Source: a virus | Virus record (IMG/VR): IMGVR_UViG_3300030060_004050 | Coordinates: 54,539-118,538 of that record | Direction: 5' to 3' (one strand) | DNA: 64,000 bases | Part shown: positions 40,161-49,726 of the stretch, piece by piece | Numbering within the stretch: position 1 is the first letter of the stretch | How the letters are laid out: each line of letters opens with the position of its first letter | Notes under the pieces: model-generated | Databases searched by the model: none | The model's input: the letters and a program-made list of their open reading frames with translations, nothing else | Told to the model about the DNA's origin: nothing | Translations under genes and position numbers: made by a program

Positions 40161-40663
40161 CGCAACTTTCTTTTTATAAAATTTATGATGATGTTATATC
40201 ACCAAAACATGCCACCAGTCAATCAGCATGTTTTGATATCCACGCATACATTAAAGACGACATTCCTGTTACGGTGTATGGCATGGAAAATTTAAAAGGT
40301 TCTGTCAACCCAACCGATGGTGTCTTTGAACTTTTACCGGGAGACAGAGCATTGATTCCAACGGGATTGATCTTTAATATACCTGATGATTGTTCTGTTA
40401 GAATACATACTAGATCTAGCGTTTCTTTGAAAAAGGGTTTGATTAATCCCAATGGAGAGGGTATAATTGATGCAGACTACTACCACGAATCTTTTGTTAT
40501 TTTGTATAACTCAAGTGGTTGTGTCGCTATAATTGAAAATGGAGATAGGATCGCCCAAGGCGAACTAGTAAAACTAGAGTCGTATCCTCTAGTAGAAACC
40601 ACAAAAGAACCAGAACAAACCACCACCCGTGTAGGCGGATTCGGATCCACAGGAGTTAAATGA
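40157..40663 (+). CDS. dut: Trimeric dUTPase
   Basis: SACFD, IPTGL, TRSS, GIIDADY, GDRIAQ, RVGGFGSTG. Confidence 0.93.
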   Translation: MTQLSFYKIYDDVISPKHATSQSACFDIHAYIKDDIPVTVYGMENLKGSVNPTDGVFELLPGDRALIPTGLIFNIPDDCSVRIHTRSSVSLKKGLINPNGEGIIDADYYHESFVILYNSSGCVAIIENGDRIAQGELVKLESYPLVETTKEPEQTTTRVGGFGSTGVK

Positions 40664-40980
40664 TGAACAGAGAAGAACTATTGAACCACCATGCAGACAT
40701 TTGTAAAGAGGCACTAGAAATCATGAAGAAGAAAAATCATGATTATGCAGGGGAAGGCGGCGAGTCTCCTTTTGCCAACTTTACTCGCTCGGAGGACATG
40801 GGTATCTGTACAACCGAACAAGGATTTCTCGTTCGTCTCTGTGACAAACTTTCTCGTCTTTCTACGTTTGCCAGTGCCGGTGAACTAAAGGTAGACAACG
40901 AAGGTTATCACGATGCCATTCTTGATATCATTAACTACTGTATTCTGTTTGATGGTTATGTAAGTTCTAAGGATAATTAA
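40660..40980 (+). CDS. All-helical nucleotide-modification-associated (DUF1599-like) protein
   Basis: KKNHDYA, RLCDKLSRL, DAILDIINY pattern. Confidence 0.6.
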   Translation: MMNREELLNHHADICKEALEIMKKKNHDYAGEGGESPFANFTRSEDMGICTTEQGFLVRLCDKLSRLSTFASAGELKVDNEGYHDAILDIINYCILFDGYVSSKDN

Positions 40981-40981
40981 T

Positions 40982-41009
40982 TTGACTTTACCCTAAGTTG
41001 TGGTATACT
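40982..41009 (+). promoter_or_regulatory. Sigma70-like promoter TTGACT-N16-TATACT, predicted leaderless, upstream of lysozyme-like gene and g43
   Basis: TTGACT 40982-40987, TGTGG-TATACT 41004-41009; ATG at 41016. Confidence 0.8.
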
Positions 41010-41015
41010 CTGTAT

Positions 41016-41444
41016 ATGAAAACGACAGTGTTTACCGTACTTCTCGCCATGGTTGCTTCTCTCGAAGATATGAGTAGCAACTCTCTTCATGTAGATCTGT
41101 TAGCAGCCGTGTGCGAGGTAGAGTCAAACTGCGATCCTAGTGCAGTAGGAGATAACGGCAACGCTATCGGCGCATATCAAATTTGGTATGACTACTGGTA
41201 CGATGCCGTTACTTTTAAAAATAACGACAACCTTAAACTCTCGGATGGTTACGAAAGTTGCTACGATAAAGATTATTCTGAGAGAGTGGTGCTTGCATAT
41301 TGGGGAAGGTATGCTACAATTAAGCGTATTGGAAGAACACCCACAGACGAAGATCGAGCAAGGATCCATAACGGAGGCCCGAATGGATACAAGAAAGACT
41401 CCACATTAAAGTATTGGAGAAAGATACAAAATGCAAGTAGATAG
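41016..41444 (+). CDS. Lysozyme-like protein (destabilase/i-type-like) with N-terminal signal
   Basis: CEVES...GDNGNAIGAYQI, ARIHNGGPNG, KYWRK; hydrophobic MKTTVFTVLLAMVA. Confidence 0.7.
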   Translation: MKTTVFTVLLAMVASLEDMSSNSLHVDLLAAVCEVESNCDPSAVGDNGNAIGAYQIWYDYWYDAVTFKNNDNLKLSDGYESCYDKDYSERVVLAYWGRYATIKRIGRTPTDEDRARIHNGGPNGYKKDSTLKYWRKIQNASR

Positions 41445-43941
41445 GTTCTATACGAACATTGCAATGCGGGGTAAGAATATTCTTGCCCGTGGGTATGACT
41501 CAAACGGAGATGTCTTCAAAGAGAAGATTGAGTTTCGTCCTACTATGTTTGTACCCACAACCAAAGAAACCAAATACAAGACTCTCAATGGATTGTGTGT
41601 TGAACCCTTTCAACCAGGCAACATAAACGACACAAGAGACTTTATTGAAAAGTATCAAGACGTAAGTGGATTTGATATTTACGGAAACACAGATTTCATA
41701 TATCAATACATCGGAGAAAATTATAAGGGAGAGATTGATTATGATCCTGCTAAAATCAAAGTTGCGATTGTTGATATTGAATGTGAGTCTGAGTATGGAT
41801 TTCCTAGACCTGAAGTTGCTAACGAGAGAATCAATGCAATCACCGTTGACTTCAATGGTTGGATTTATGTATTCGGTTTAGGTGAGTTTGAACTAGACGA
41901 CTCTTCATATGACGGTAAACTCCGTCAGTTTGTATTTGAAACCGAGGAGGAACTTCTAAAGTCATTCTTATCAACGTGGAATCTTGAATCTCCAGATGTG
42001 GTTACTGGTTGGAATGTCAGGTTCTTCGATATTCCCTATCTTGTAAACCGAATCGAAAGAGTTCTGGGAGACGGTGAATCTAAAAAGTTGTCTCCTTGGA
42101 ACGTCACCAAGGAAAGATCTATTCGTAAAATGAACAGAGAAAACCAAACCTATGAGTTGGTTGGTATTTCTACTCTGGACTATTATGAATTGTACAAGAC
42201 GTTTACTTATGTAAATCAAGAGTCATATCGACTTGATCATATCGCATTCGTAGAACTTGGTGAGAAGAAGTTGTCGTATGATGAATACGACAGTATGGCA
42301 ACTTTCTATAGAAATGACTTTCAAAAGTTTGTCGAATACAACGTCAAAGATGTTGAACTCGTAAAGAAACTAGAAGACAAGATGAAGTTGCTTGAACTTG
42401 CTGTATCTCTTGCATATGCAGCGAAGGTAAACTTTATGGATGTGTTTGGACAAGTTCGTATGTGGGACTGCATCATTTACCACTACCTCATGGATCACAA
42501 CATTGTACCTCCTCCAAAGAAACTGAGCAGAAAGAACGCACAGTATGCAGGTGCTTATGTTAAAGATCCGATTGTGGGTATGCACGATTGGGTTGTGTCA
42601 TTTGACTTGAACAGTCTGTATCCGCACTTGATCATGCAGTATAACATCAGTCCTGAAACAATGATTGATGAAAAGAAAGACGTATACGTTTCTCCAGACA
42701 CCGTGCTTTCGGGTGTTCGACCTAACACGGGAAACTATTCTGTCGCCGCAAACGGTACGAAGTATACCAAGAATCATCAGGGGTTTCTTCCTGCACTCAT
42801 GGATAAGTTGTACAAAGAACGCAAGATGTACAAGGGAAAGATGATTGAGTGTCAAAAGAGACAACAAGCAGGAGAAAATCTAGAGAACGAGATTGCGAAA
42901 TATAACAACTTTCAGTTGGTTCGTAAGATTCAACTTAACTCCGCTTATGGTGCAATTGGTAACGAGTTCTTCCGCTACTTCAACGTTGACATGGCGGAAG
43001 CGATCACACTTTCAGGACAGTTAAGCATTCGCTGGATTGCGGATCGACTAAACGAATTTTTAAACAGAACAGTCGGGACGGAGGACTACGATTATGTTGT
43101 TGCGAGTGATACCGATTCTGTGTATCTTAGGCTTGGTAATCTTGTCGATAAAGTATGTGGTAAAAAGTCAAAAGAAGAAATAGTTGATTTCCTTGATAAA
43201 GCATCGGAAGAAATTATCCTTCCTTTCATCAAGAAGCAGTACGACAAACTTGCCACTATTATGAATGCATATCAAAACAAGATGGTGATGGATCGTGAGT
43301 GTATTTCAGACAAGGCGGTATGGACTGCCAAGAAGCGTTACATGATGCAAGTGTTTGATTCGGAGGGTGTTCGTTATGAAACACCAAAGAACAAGATCAT
43401 GGGAATTGAAACCACTCGATCTTCCACACCTCAAGTTGTTAGGGACAACCTTAAGAAAGCAATCACTTTGATTCTAACAACGGATGAGGAAACGGTAATA
43501 GAGTTTATTGATTCTTTCCGAGAAGAGTTCAATAAATTTGATCCAGAGGACATAGCATTTCCAAGGGGTGTAAATGGTATGAACAAATACTCAAACAGTT
43601 CTACCATTTATGAGAAGTCAACTCCCATAGCAGTTAAAGGTAGTTTGCTATACAACCACTACATCAAGAAGAACAAACTACATAATAAGTACCGACAGAT
43701 TGTTGATGGTGATAAAATCAAGTTCATACATCTAAAGAAACCGAACCCACTCGGAGGAATCGCGGGAACAGATCAGGTTATTGCCTTCCCTAACAGCCTC
43801 CCCGGAGAATTCAATCTTGGTGAGTTTATTGATTATGATGTTCAGTTTGAAAAAGCATTTTTAGATCCAATCAAAAACATCTTGGACAAAATAGGTTGGA
43901 ACCACGAAAAGGTTTCTTCTCTAGAGGAATTTTTTGGATGA
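41431..43941 (+). CDS. g43: Family B DNA polymerase
   Basis: DIECES exonuclease motif, SFDLNSLYP, KIQLNSAYG, DTDS, KKRY. Confidence 0.98.
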   Translation: MQVDRFYTNIAMRGKNILARGYDSNGDVFKEKIEFRPTMFVPTTKETKYKTLNGLCVEPFQPGNINDTRDFIEKYQDVSGFDIYGNTDFIYQYIGENYKGEIDYDPAKIKVAIVDIECESEYGFPRPEVANERINAITVDFNGWIYVFGLGEFELDDSSYDGKLRQFVFETEEELLKSFLSTWNLESPDVVTGWNVRFFDIPYLVNRIERVLGDGESKKLSPWNVTKERSIRKMNRENQTYELVGISTLDYYELYKTFTYVNQESYRLDHIAFVELGEKKLSYDEYDSMATFYRNDFQKFVEYNVKDVELVKKLEDKMKLLELAVSLAYAAKVNFMDVFGQVRMWDCIIYHYLMDHNIVPPPKKLSRKNAQYAGAYVKDPIVGMHDWVVSFDLNSLYPHLIMQYNISPETMIDEKKDVYVSPDTVLSGVRPNTGNYSVAANGTKYTKNHQGFLPALMDKLYKERKMYKGKMIECQKRQQAGENLENEIAKYNNFQLVRKIQLNSAYGAIGNEFFRYFNVDMAEAITLSGQLSIRWIADRLNEFLNRTVGTEDYDYVVASDTDSVYLRLGNLVDKVCGKKSKEEIVDFLDKASEEIILPFIKKQYDKLATIMNAYQNKMVMDRECISDKAVWTAKKRYMMQVFDSEGVRYETPKNKIMGIETTRSSTPQVVRDNLKKAITLILTTDEETVIEFIDSFREEFNKFDPEDIAFPRGVNGMNKYSNSSTIYEKSTPIAVKGSLLYNHYIKKNKLHNKYRQIVDGDKIKFIHLKKPNPLGGIAGTDQVIAFPNSLPGEFNLGEFIDYDVQFEKAFLDPIKNILDKIGWNHEKVSSLEEFFG

Positions 43942-44120
43942 TGGACTACACGACAGTAAAATTTATAGAAGAAACACTCAAGTCTTTGCTAGAAGAAGAA
44001 AGATCTAAACTAGGCAACATGATGCGAGACAAAGATTGTAGTATGGAAATATACGAAAATACACTGGACAACTGTAAGAAATTAGAGTATAGTATAGAAC
44101 AATTGGAGAAAATGATATGA
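43938..44120 (+). CDS. Small hypothetical protein
   Basis: 60-aa ORF coupled by overlaps to g43 and uvsX. Confidence 0.55.
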   Translation: MMDYTTVKFIEETLKSLLEEERSKLGNMMRDKDCSMEIYENTLDNCKKLEYSIEQLEKMI

Positions 44121-45157
44121 GCGACTTTCTAAAAACTATTATTAAGAATTCTGGAAACGAGTATGCAGGAATTGCCTCAGACGGGATTGAGGGTTCGGAT
44201 GTCACAGGGTTTATTGATACTGGCTCTCATGTGTTCAATGCCTTGCTGTCTGGTTCTTTGTATGGTGGTATACCAAACAATAAAATTATGGCGTTGGCAG
44301 GAGAGTCTGCTACTGGTAAAACTTATTTTGCACTTGGTATGTGTAAGAAATTCTTGGATGACAATCCAGATGGTGTGGTATTGTATTTCGACACGGAGCA
44401 AGCCATCACTTCAAGTATGATTTCTGAGAGGGGAATGGATCCCAATAGAGTCGCTGTATTCCCAGTTGCTACAGTCGAGACTTTTCGACACCAAGCAATT
44501 AGTATTGTTGATAAGTACATTGAGACAAAAGACAGTAAACCTGTCTTTGTGGTTCTTGACTCTCTTGGTATGCTTTCCACAGAGAAAGAAATGAACGATA
44601 CCGCCGAGGGTAAGTCCACTAGAGACATGACTCGCGCCCAAGTTATCAAGGCGACATTCCGTGTGCTTACTCTCAAGTTAGGTAAAGCAGGCATTCCTCT
44701 TATCATGACAAACCACACCTACGATGTTGTCGGTGCTTATGTTCCAATGAAGGAGATGGGTGGTGGTTCTGGTTTGAAGTACGCCGCATCTACGATTGTC
44801 TATCTTTCAAAGAAGAAGGACAAGGATGGAACAGATATCATTGGTAATATTATCAAGTGTAAGTTGTTCAAGGGTAGGTTTACCAAAGAAAACAAGGTTG
44901 TTGAAGTTCAGTTAAACTATGACACCGGACTCAATCCTTATTATGGATTAGTTCCAATCGCAGTAAAGTATGATATATTCAAGAAGGTTTCTACTAGAAT
45001 TGAATTGCCTGATGGAAAGACTGCCTTTGAGAAGTCCATCAACAACGATCCTGAAAAGTATTTCACACCCGAAGTTATGGAAAGACTCGAAGATGCAGTT
45101 GCAACAGAATTCAAGTATGGTAGCGTAGAGGAGGAAAGCACAGATGTCGAAGAATGA
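44117..45157 (+). CDS. uvsX: RecA-like recombinase UvsX
   Basis: [33 protein letters not shown]. Confidence 0.96.
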   Translation: MSDFLKTIIKNSGNEYAGIASDGIEGSDVTGFIDTGSHVFNALLSGSLYGGIPNNKIMALAGESATGKTYFALGMCKKFLDDNPDGVVLYFDTEQAITSSMISERGMDPNRVAVFPVATVETFRHQAISIVDKYIETKDSKPVFVVLDSLGMLSTEKEMNDTAEGKSTRDMTRAQVIKATFRVLTLKLGKAGIPLIMTNHTYDVVGAYVPMKEMGGGSGLKYAASTIVYLSKKKDKDGTDIIGNIIKCKLFKGRFTKENKVVEVQLNYDTGLNPYYGLVPIAVKYDIFKKVSTRIELPDGKTAFEKSINNDPEKYFTPEVMERLEDAVATEFKYGSVEEESTDVEE

Positions 45158-45371
45158 ACCACCCCCACCCCCCGGCGGAGGAGAACCGATCAAAGAGATT
45201 AGAGTGAATGGAAAGAGTGTTGGTATTGGAGATACTGTTTCTAAATTTATTAAGATGATGTCTCGCGGTAAAATACAAGAGTGTCCTCAGTGTGAGAAGA
45301 GAAAAGAAAAACTCAACGAAATGTTTCCATATAAGAAGAACGATGATGAAGAAAAAGTACAGGACAATTGA
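45144..45371 (+). CDS. Small hypothetical protein (GxGDTV / CxxC)
   Basis: GIGDTV...[17 protein letters not shown]. Confidence 0.55.
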   Translation: MSKNEPPPPPGGGEPIKEIRVNGKSVGIGDTVSKFIKMMSRGKIQECPQCEKRKEKLNEMFPYKKNDDEEKVQDN

Positions 45372-45633
45372 AGGACAAGAGGAAGGAAACATTAGAATCT
45401 TAGACGATAGATTCAACGGTGTTGCAGTTTCTATAGGGAAAGTTTCTATAGTTCCAATAGAGGATTCAGACGAAGCAAAACTAAAGTATGACTACGATGT
45501 CCTAGAGTTACCAGAGGGTATGGAACTCAACAAGGAGTTTGATGCCCTGCTGGGAGATATTGTAGTTGATATCTTAGAATCAAAACTAGAGGAAGATCCA
45601 AAGTCTTTGAGGTTTAAAGATAGTGCAGATTGA
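45343..45633 (+). CDS. Hypothetical protein at the gp40 position
   Basis: Between uvsX and g41; LKYDYDV..F..LLGDI pattern resembles T4-like gp40. Confidence 0.5.
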   Translation: MMKKKYRTIEGQEEGNIRILDDRFNGVAVSIGKVSIVPIEDSDEAKLKYDYDVLELPEGMELNKEFDALLGDIVVDILESKLEEDPKSLRFKDSAD

Positions 45634-47008
45634 AAAAATTATTTTACATTCTATATCATGTGACGAACAGGTCTCCAGATCTGTCATTCCTTTTCTGAAG
45701 GGTGAATATTTTCATGAGGATGAACACAAGGTTGTTTTCGAAAAAATCAACGAGTACATTCAAGAGTACAACTCCCTCCCTTCGAAGGAGGCGATTTCTA
45801 TTAGTGTCGGTAAACTACCGCAAACAGACGATCAGCAAAAACTCTGTCAGTCCCTTATTGAAGAAGTGTTTTCTGTTGACAGTGACTACGACAAAGAGTG
45901 GATCGTCAAGGAGTCGGAAAACTTCTGCAAAGAAAAAGCGGTATACAATGCGATTCTAGAATCCATTCATATCATCGAAGGAAAGAGTCAGACACAATCA
46001 GAAAATGCTATACCCGGAATTCTTTCTGATGCTTTGTCCGTGGGATTCGATACACACATTGGACACGACTATATCGAGGATGCTAATGAGCGTTTCGAAT
46101 TTTATCACAAGAAGGAAGATAGGATTCCGTTTGATTTGGAAATGTTCAACACCATCACAAATGGCGGAACTCCTAAAAAGACTCTAAACATTATCATGGC
46201 TGGTACGGGTGTTGGTAAGTCTATGTTTATGTGTCACCATGCTGCTGCTTGTCTCGCACAAAACCTTAAGGTTCTTTATATCACATGTGAGATGGCAGAA
46301 GAACGGATTGCAGAACGCATCGACGCTAACCTTATGAACATCGCAATGGATGATCTTCGTTGTTTACCCAAGGACATGTATGATAAGAAACTCAGCAATG
46401 CTACCATGGGATTCAATGGAAAACTAATCGTCAAAGAGTATCCCACAGCAACTGCAAATGTAAATCATTTTAGACACTTGCTCGATGAACTTAAACTCAA
46501 GAAAAAGTTTGAACCTGATATTGTGTTTATTGATTACCTAAACATCTGTGCCGCTGCTAGGTTTAAGAATGCTGCAAATGTAAACTCATACATGTATGTG
46601 AAAGCAATCGCAGAGGAACTACGAGGACTTGCGATTGAGAAGGGACTACCGATATGGTCTGCTACTCAAACAAACCGACAGGGATTTGCAAACACTGACG
46701 TAGGACTTGAAGAAGTATCTGAGTCATTCGGACTTCCACAAACAGCAGACTTCATGTTTGCGTTAATCGGAACAGAGGAACTAGACGAACAGGGACAACT
46801 CTTGGTAAAGCAACTCAAGAATCGATACAACGATCTGGCAACAAACAGAAAGTTTGTCATTGGAATTGAAAAAGCAAAAATGAAATTCAGTGATGTTTCC
46901 CTCTCCGAGAATGATGATATAATGGGAACCGGAAACGATGGTGATATGGGACTTGTTGAAAAACAAGCATCTAAGTACACAGAGAAGTTTACAGAGTGGC
47001 AAATGTAA
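45623..47008 (+). CDS. g41: Replicative DnaB-like helicase
   Basis: AGTGVGKS, IVKEYPT, FIDYLNI, WSATQTNR, SESFGLP, KQLKNRY. Confidence 0.97.
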   Translation: MQIEKIILHSISCDEQVSRSVIPFLKGEYFHEDEHKVVFEKINEYIQEYNSLPSKEAISISVGKLPQTDDQQKLCQSLIEEVFSVDSDYDKEWIVKESENFCKEKAVYNAILESIHIIEGKSQTQSENAIPGILSDALSVGFDTHIGHDYIEDANERFEFYHKKEDRIPFDLEMFNTITNGGTPKKTLNIIMAGTGVGKSMFMCHHAAACLAQNLKVLYITCEMAEERIAERIDANLMNIAMDDLRCLPKDMYDKKLSNATMGFNGKLIVKEYPTATANVNHFRHLLDELKLKKKFEPDIVFIDYLNICAAARFKNAANVNSYMYVKAIAEELRGLAIEKGLPIWSATQTNRQGFANTDVGLEEVSESFGLPQTADFMFALIGTEELDEQGQLLVKQLKNRYNDLATNRKFVIGIEKAKMKFSDVSLSENDDIMGTGNDGDMGLVEKQASKYTEKFTEWQM

Positions 47009-48060
47009 TGTGCATACATATAGATCAGACATATATCAACAGAGTCTCTCCGATGCTAGATCGGTTTGCCTGGAAAAAGTCAAACTTAGCAAATTGTAGG
47101 TGTCCCATTTGTGGGGACTCTCAGAAAAACAAATCGAAAGCAAGAGGGTTTTTCTATCAAAAAGGAACCTCTTACTTTTACAAGTGTCATAATTGTGGAC
47201 ATGGTTGCAACCTGTATAATTTTTTGAAGAGTGTGTCCTCTCAACTAGCAAAAGAATATTCTCTGGAACGGTGGAAGAAGAATGATAAGAATGATAAGAA
47301 AGAAGATGATAAAATGTTTGGTATTCTAAGTCAGAAACCAGAGTTTAAGAAGAAGGACAAAATACTAGATCACGCAGTGTGCATCAATGATTTACCAGAG
47401 GATCATGATGTTGTAAAGTTTGCAAACATGAGAAAGATCCCAAAGCAGCATTGGAATATTTTATACTTCTCTGATGATTTTGGTAAATTTATGAAGAGGG
47501 TGGATCCAGACGTTAGAGCCCATTTGACTGTCGGACAAGAACCCCGTTTGGTAATTCCATTTTTCAACAAGAAAGGTGATGTAGTTGCAGTTCAAGGTAG
47601 ATCCATAAACTTTAGAGATGAATACAATGCGAGGACAACTGCAAAATATCTAACTGTAAAGTCGGACAAAAGCATTGATCGTCTTTGGTATGGTTTATGG
47701 AGAGTTGATCCGAGCAAAAGAGTTTATGCTGTCGAGGGACCTATTGATAGCATGTTCTTAAACAACGCAGTTGCAATGGTTGGTGCTGGAGCATTGGACA
47801 CACTACCAGCAAGATTGGAAAATAGTCCCATGACTTTCATCCTAGATAATGAACCAAGAAACCTACAGATCTGCAAGTACAACGAAAAACTAATTCAGAT
47901 GGGAAAGCAAATCTGCATCTGGCCAGATAGTGTAAAAGAAAAAGATATTAACGATTTAGCGTATAGAATGTCTACTCGAAAAATTCAGAAGATGATTGAC
48001 GAGAATACATTCAGTGGACTAGAAGCAAAGTTGAGATTTAAATCATGGAGAAAAGTATGA
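47008..48060 (+). CDS. g61: DNA primase
   Basis: CPICGDS...CHNC Zn ribbon, LVIPF, VEGPIDSMF, LDNEPRN, KDIND. Confidence 0.96.
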   Translation: MCIHIDQTYINRVSPMLDRFAWKKSNLANCRCPICGDSQKNKSKARGFFYQKGTSYFYKCHNCGHGCNLYNFLKSVSSQLAKEYSLERWKKNDKNDKKEDDKMFGILSQKPEFKKKDKILDHAVCINDLPEDHDVVKFANMRKIPKQHWNILYFSDDFGKFMKRVDPDVRAHLTVGQEPRLVIPFFNKKGDVVAVQGRSINFRDEYNARTTAKYLTVKSDKSIDRLWYGLWRVDPSKRVYAVEGPIDSMFLNNAVAMVGAGALDTLPARLENSPMTFILDNEPRNLQICKYNEKLIQMGKQICIWPDSVKEKDINDLAYRMSTRKIQKMIDENTFSGLEAKLRFKSWRKV

Positions 48061-48974
48061 AGTACTTAGTCACCGGCGGTGCCGGATTTATTGGATCTAA
48101 TATTGTCACCCGTCTGTTAGATGAGGGACATGATGTAGTTGTTATAGATAATGAATCCTCAGATGCTCACGAACAGTTTTACTGGGACGAACGAGCAGAA
48201 AATTATAACTATGATATCTCGAATCATGAGTTCTACTTCACCAGATTATTTGAGGGTGTTGATACTGTTTTTCACTGTGCAGCCGAAGCAAGAATTCAAC
48301 CCGCAATAATTAATCCTATTCTTGCTGTTAAAACCAACGCACTTGGAACTTGTAGCGTTTTGCAAGCAGCAAGAGAACATGGGGTTCGCAGAGTGGTATA
48401 TTCTTCTACGTCCTCTGCTTATGGTCTTATTAACGATGTTCCAAACGTAGAAACACAACCAGAGGATTGTTTAAACCCATACTCTGTCTCAAAGGTGTGT
48501 GGAGAAAAATTGTGTAAAATGTACCACTCATTGTTTGGGTTAGAAACTGTTGTGTTCCGATACTTCAATGTATACGGAGAACGACAACCGATCAAGGGAC
48601 AATATGCTCCCGTGGTTGGTAGATTTCTAAAGCAGGCAGAAAATGGAGAACCACTAACCATTGTCCCAGACGGAGAACAGCGTCGAGACTATACTCATGT
48701 TTCAGATGTGGTAGAAGCAAACATTCTTGCCTCTAGGGTGGAGTCTAATTTAATTGGACGAGGAGAAGTCTTCAATATTGGAACAGGATCAAACACTTCT
48801 GTAAACGAATTAGCAGCAATGATTTCAGACAACACCGTAATGGTAGAACCTAGACTGGGCGAAGCAAGATTAACTCTTGCAGACAACAGCAAAATGAAAA
48901 GTGTAATGGGTTGGAAACCAAAGGTTAAACTAGAGACTTGGGTTCAGGATCAACTAGAAATGGCAAACACATGA
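48057..48974 (+). CDS. NAD-dependent nucleotide-sugar epimerase/dehydratase with intact catalytic motifs
   Basis: VTGGAGFIGS, SSTSSAYG, PYSVSK (YxxxK), RYFNVYG. Confidence 0.9.
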   Translation: MKYLVTGGAGFIGSNIVTRLLDEGHDVVVIDNESSDAHEQFYWDERAENYNYDISNHEFYFTRLFEGVDTVFHCAAEARIQPAIINPILAVKTNALGTCSVLQAAREHGVRRVVYSSTSSAYGLINDVPNVETQPEDCLNPYSVSKVCGEKLCKMYHSLFGLETVVFRYFNVYGERQPIKGQYAPVVGRFLKQAENGEPLTIVPDGEQRRDYTHVSDVVEANILASRVESNLIGRGEVFNIGTGSNTSVNELAAMISDNTVMVEPRLGEARLTLADNSKMKSVMGWKPKVKLETWVQDQLEMANT

Positions 48975-49684
48975 AAGTTTTAAATAAAGGACATGTAGAA
49001 CTCGTAGATTCAATGGGTTCGGATCTAACAGTCTGTAATGCTGCCCGAGTTTCGTTTTCAAAAGATACAGATTGGGAGATCGACGAGGATGTTGTTGCAA
49101 GACTCAAGGATACTGGATCGAATTACCATGAAGAGGATGTGCGAAAGTTGTCGGAACGAGATCAGAAACTTATTCGCTATCTTGCAAAACACAACCACTG
49201 GACTCCGTTTGCTCACCCACAGATCACCCTACGGATCAAAGCACCCATCTCTATTCGGACACAGTTCTTTAAGCATAAGCAAGGATTCGTGGAGAATGAG
49301 ATTAGTCGGCGCTATGTCTCCTTTCAACCTGACTTTTATATCCCCCAGTGGAGAGGAAAGCCTAAGGGAAGTGCGAAGCAGGGTAGCGATGAGTTTATTG
49401 CGTTAAGTGCAGACAATATTCGCTCATATGGAAATGCTCTAGAACTATGTCTATACACATATGATCAACTCATAGAAGAAGGTGTCGCACCCGAACAAGC
49501 AAGATTTGTTTTACCACAAGCAATGTACACAGAATGGTATTGGACAGGATCTCTTGCTGCCTATGCAAGATTTTACAAGCAGCGTATTGATGAACATGCA
49601 CAGTGGGAAATTCGTGAATACGCAAACGCAATTGGTGAAATAATTCAACCCATTTTTCCAGCATCCTGGTCCGAACTCGTATAA
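48971..49684 (+). CDS. thyX: Flavin-dependent thymidylate synthase
   Basis: HWTPF, QFFKHK, NEISRRY, EQARFVLP, HAQWEIR. Confidence 0.95.
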   Translation: MKVLNKGHVELVDSMGSDLTVCNAARVSFSKDTDWEIDEDVVARLKDTGSNYHEEDVRKLSERDQKLIRYLAKHNHWTPFAHPQITLRIKAPISIRTQFFKHKQGFVENEISRRYVSFQPDFYIPQWRGKPKGSAKQGSDEFIALSADNIRSYGNALELCLYTYDQLIEEGVAPEQARFVLPQAMYTEWYWTGSLAAYARFYKQRIDEHAQWEIREYANAIGEIIQPIFPASWSELV

Positions 49685-49687
49685 ATA
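49680..49687 (+). promoter_or_regulatory. T4-type late promoter TATAAATA upstream of the RNR gene
   Basis: Exact consensus at the thyX stop; AGGAG downstream. Confidence 0.65.
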
Positions 49688-49726
49688 AAAAACACAGCAG
49701 ATATTAGTAATAGGAGATATTGATAT

